Of a DNA stretch of 7,891 nucleotides, positions 1 through 7,891 are shown in pieces. A program made the position numbers and the translations under genes. Source of the DNA: Amoebidium appalachense (Eukaryota; Protista; Ichthyosporea); NCBI GenBank assembly GCA_963693365.1, contig CAVNZM010000106.1:1-7891 (forward strand). Reading direction: 5' to 3'. The notes under the pieces were generated by a model, which ran no database searches, was not told the DNA's origin, and saw only the letters and a list, made by a program, of their open reading frames with translations. Numbering within the stretch: the stretch's first letter is position 1; each line of letters begins with the position of its first letter.

Positions 1-49
1 CTGATAGTGCCAGGAGACTTTTACACTCCCAAAAAGCGTCCTAGAAAGG
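1..49 (+). CDS. Possible upstream exon fragment LIVPGDFYTPKKRPRK (NLS-like basic cluster)
   Basis: Frame 1 is the only open + frame and is followed directly by a C-rich tract, as the other exons are. There is no GT donor, only GC at 50-51. Confidence 0.4.
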
Positions 50-54
50 GCCAA

Positions 55-75
55 CCCCCTTCCCCCCTCCCCCCC

Positions 76-110
<35 letters not shown>

Positions 111-166
111 ACCCCCCCCCCCCCCCCAAAAAAAAAATAAAACAAAAATAAAACAAAAATAAAACA
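55..166. repeat. Interrupted poly-C tract followed by A-rich (AAAAATAAAAC)x3
   Basis: Read directly from the sequence. Confidence 0.9.
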
Positions 167-331
167 GGACTCTTCCGCTGGTGTATGGGATTATCTTTGT
201 TTTTACTGGATGGGCTGTTGTAACAATGCATCAAGTGTTAAGCAATAAAGAAGGGGGGGGGGGGGGGGGGGGGAGGGCGAAAATATTCCGTGTTATGCAT
301 TACATGGTCTCTAATAGAGTCCCCCTCCCAG

Positions 332-7772
<7,441 letters not shown>

Positions 7773-7776
7773 GTAG

Positions 7777-7786
7777 CCCCCCCCCC

Positions 7787-7837
<51 letters not shown>

Positions 7838-7872
7838 ACGCACACGCACACGCACACGCACACGCACACACA
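7777..7872. repeat. C27, (CA)n and (CACACG)n
   Basis: Read directly from the sequence. Confidence 0.9.
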
Positions 7873-7891
7873 TCACAGAAAGAGAGACTCT

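Noticed and set aside
168-180. 13-nt microexon between CAG (167) and GTGTAT (181)
   Set aside because: No pyrimidine tract or branch motif, and it is not needed to keep the frame.

Overview
Eukaryotic genomic DNA (organism not identifiable from this window) carrying one large intron-rich + strand gene that runs off the right edge and probably the left edge. Joining GT-AG exons by hand (332-427, 924-1235, 1529-1819 [or 1741], 1872-2039, 3051-3296, 3763-3898, 4556-5078, 5485-6014, 6479-6646, 7116-7397, 7671-7772) gives a stop-free frame of about 950 codons with matching phase at every junction. The protein has an N-terminal ParB/Srx-like domain (IDGNHRRIA), a helical middle region, a prokaryote-type beta-class DNA amino-methyltransferase (N4-C/N6-A) domain with an atypical catalytic motif (DIPT in place of DPPY), and a long Pro/Ser/Thr-rich tail. 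The introns are full of homopolymers and microsatellites, and most splice donors are weak and followed within a few bases by a poly-C run. Most ORFs in the supplied track are artefacts of these repeats.
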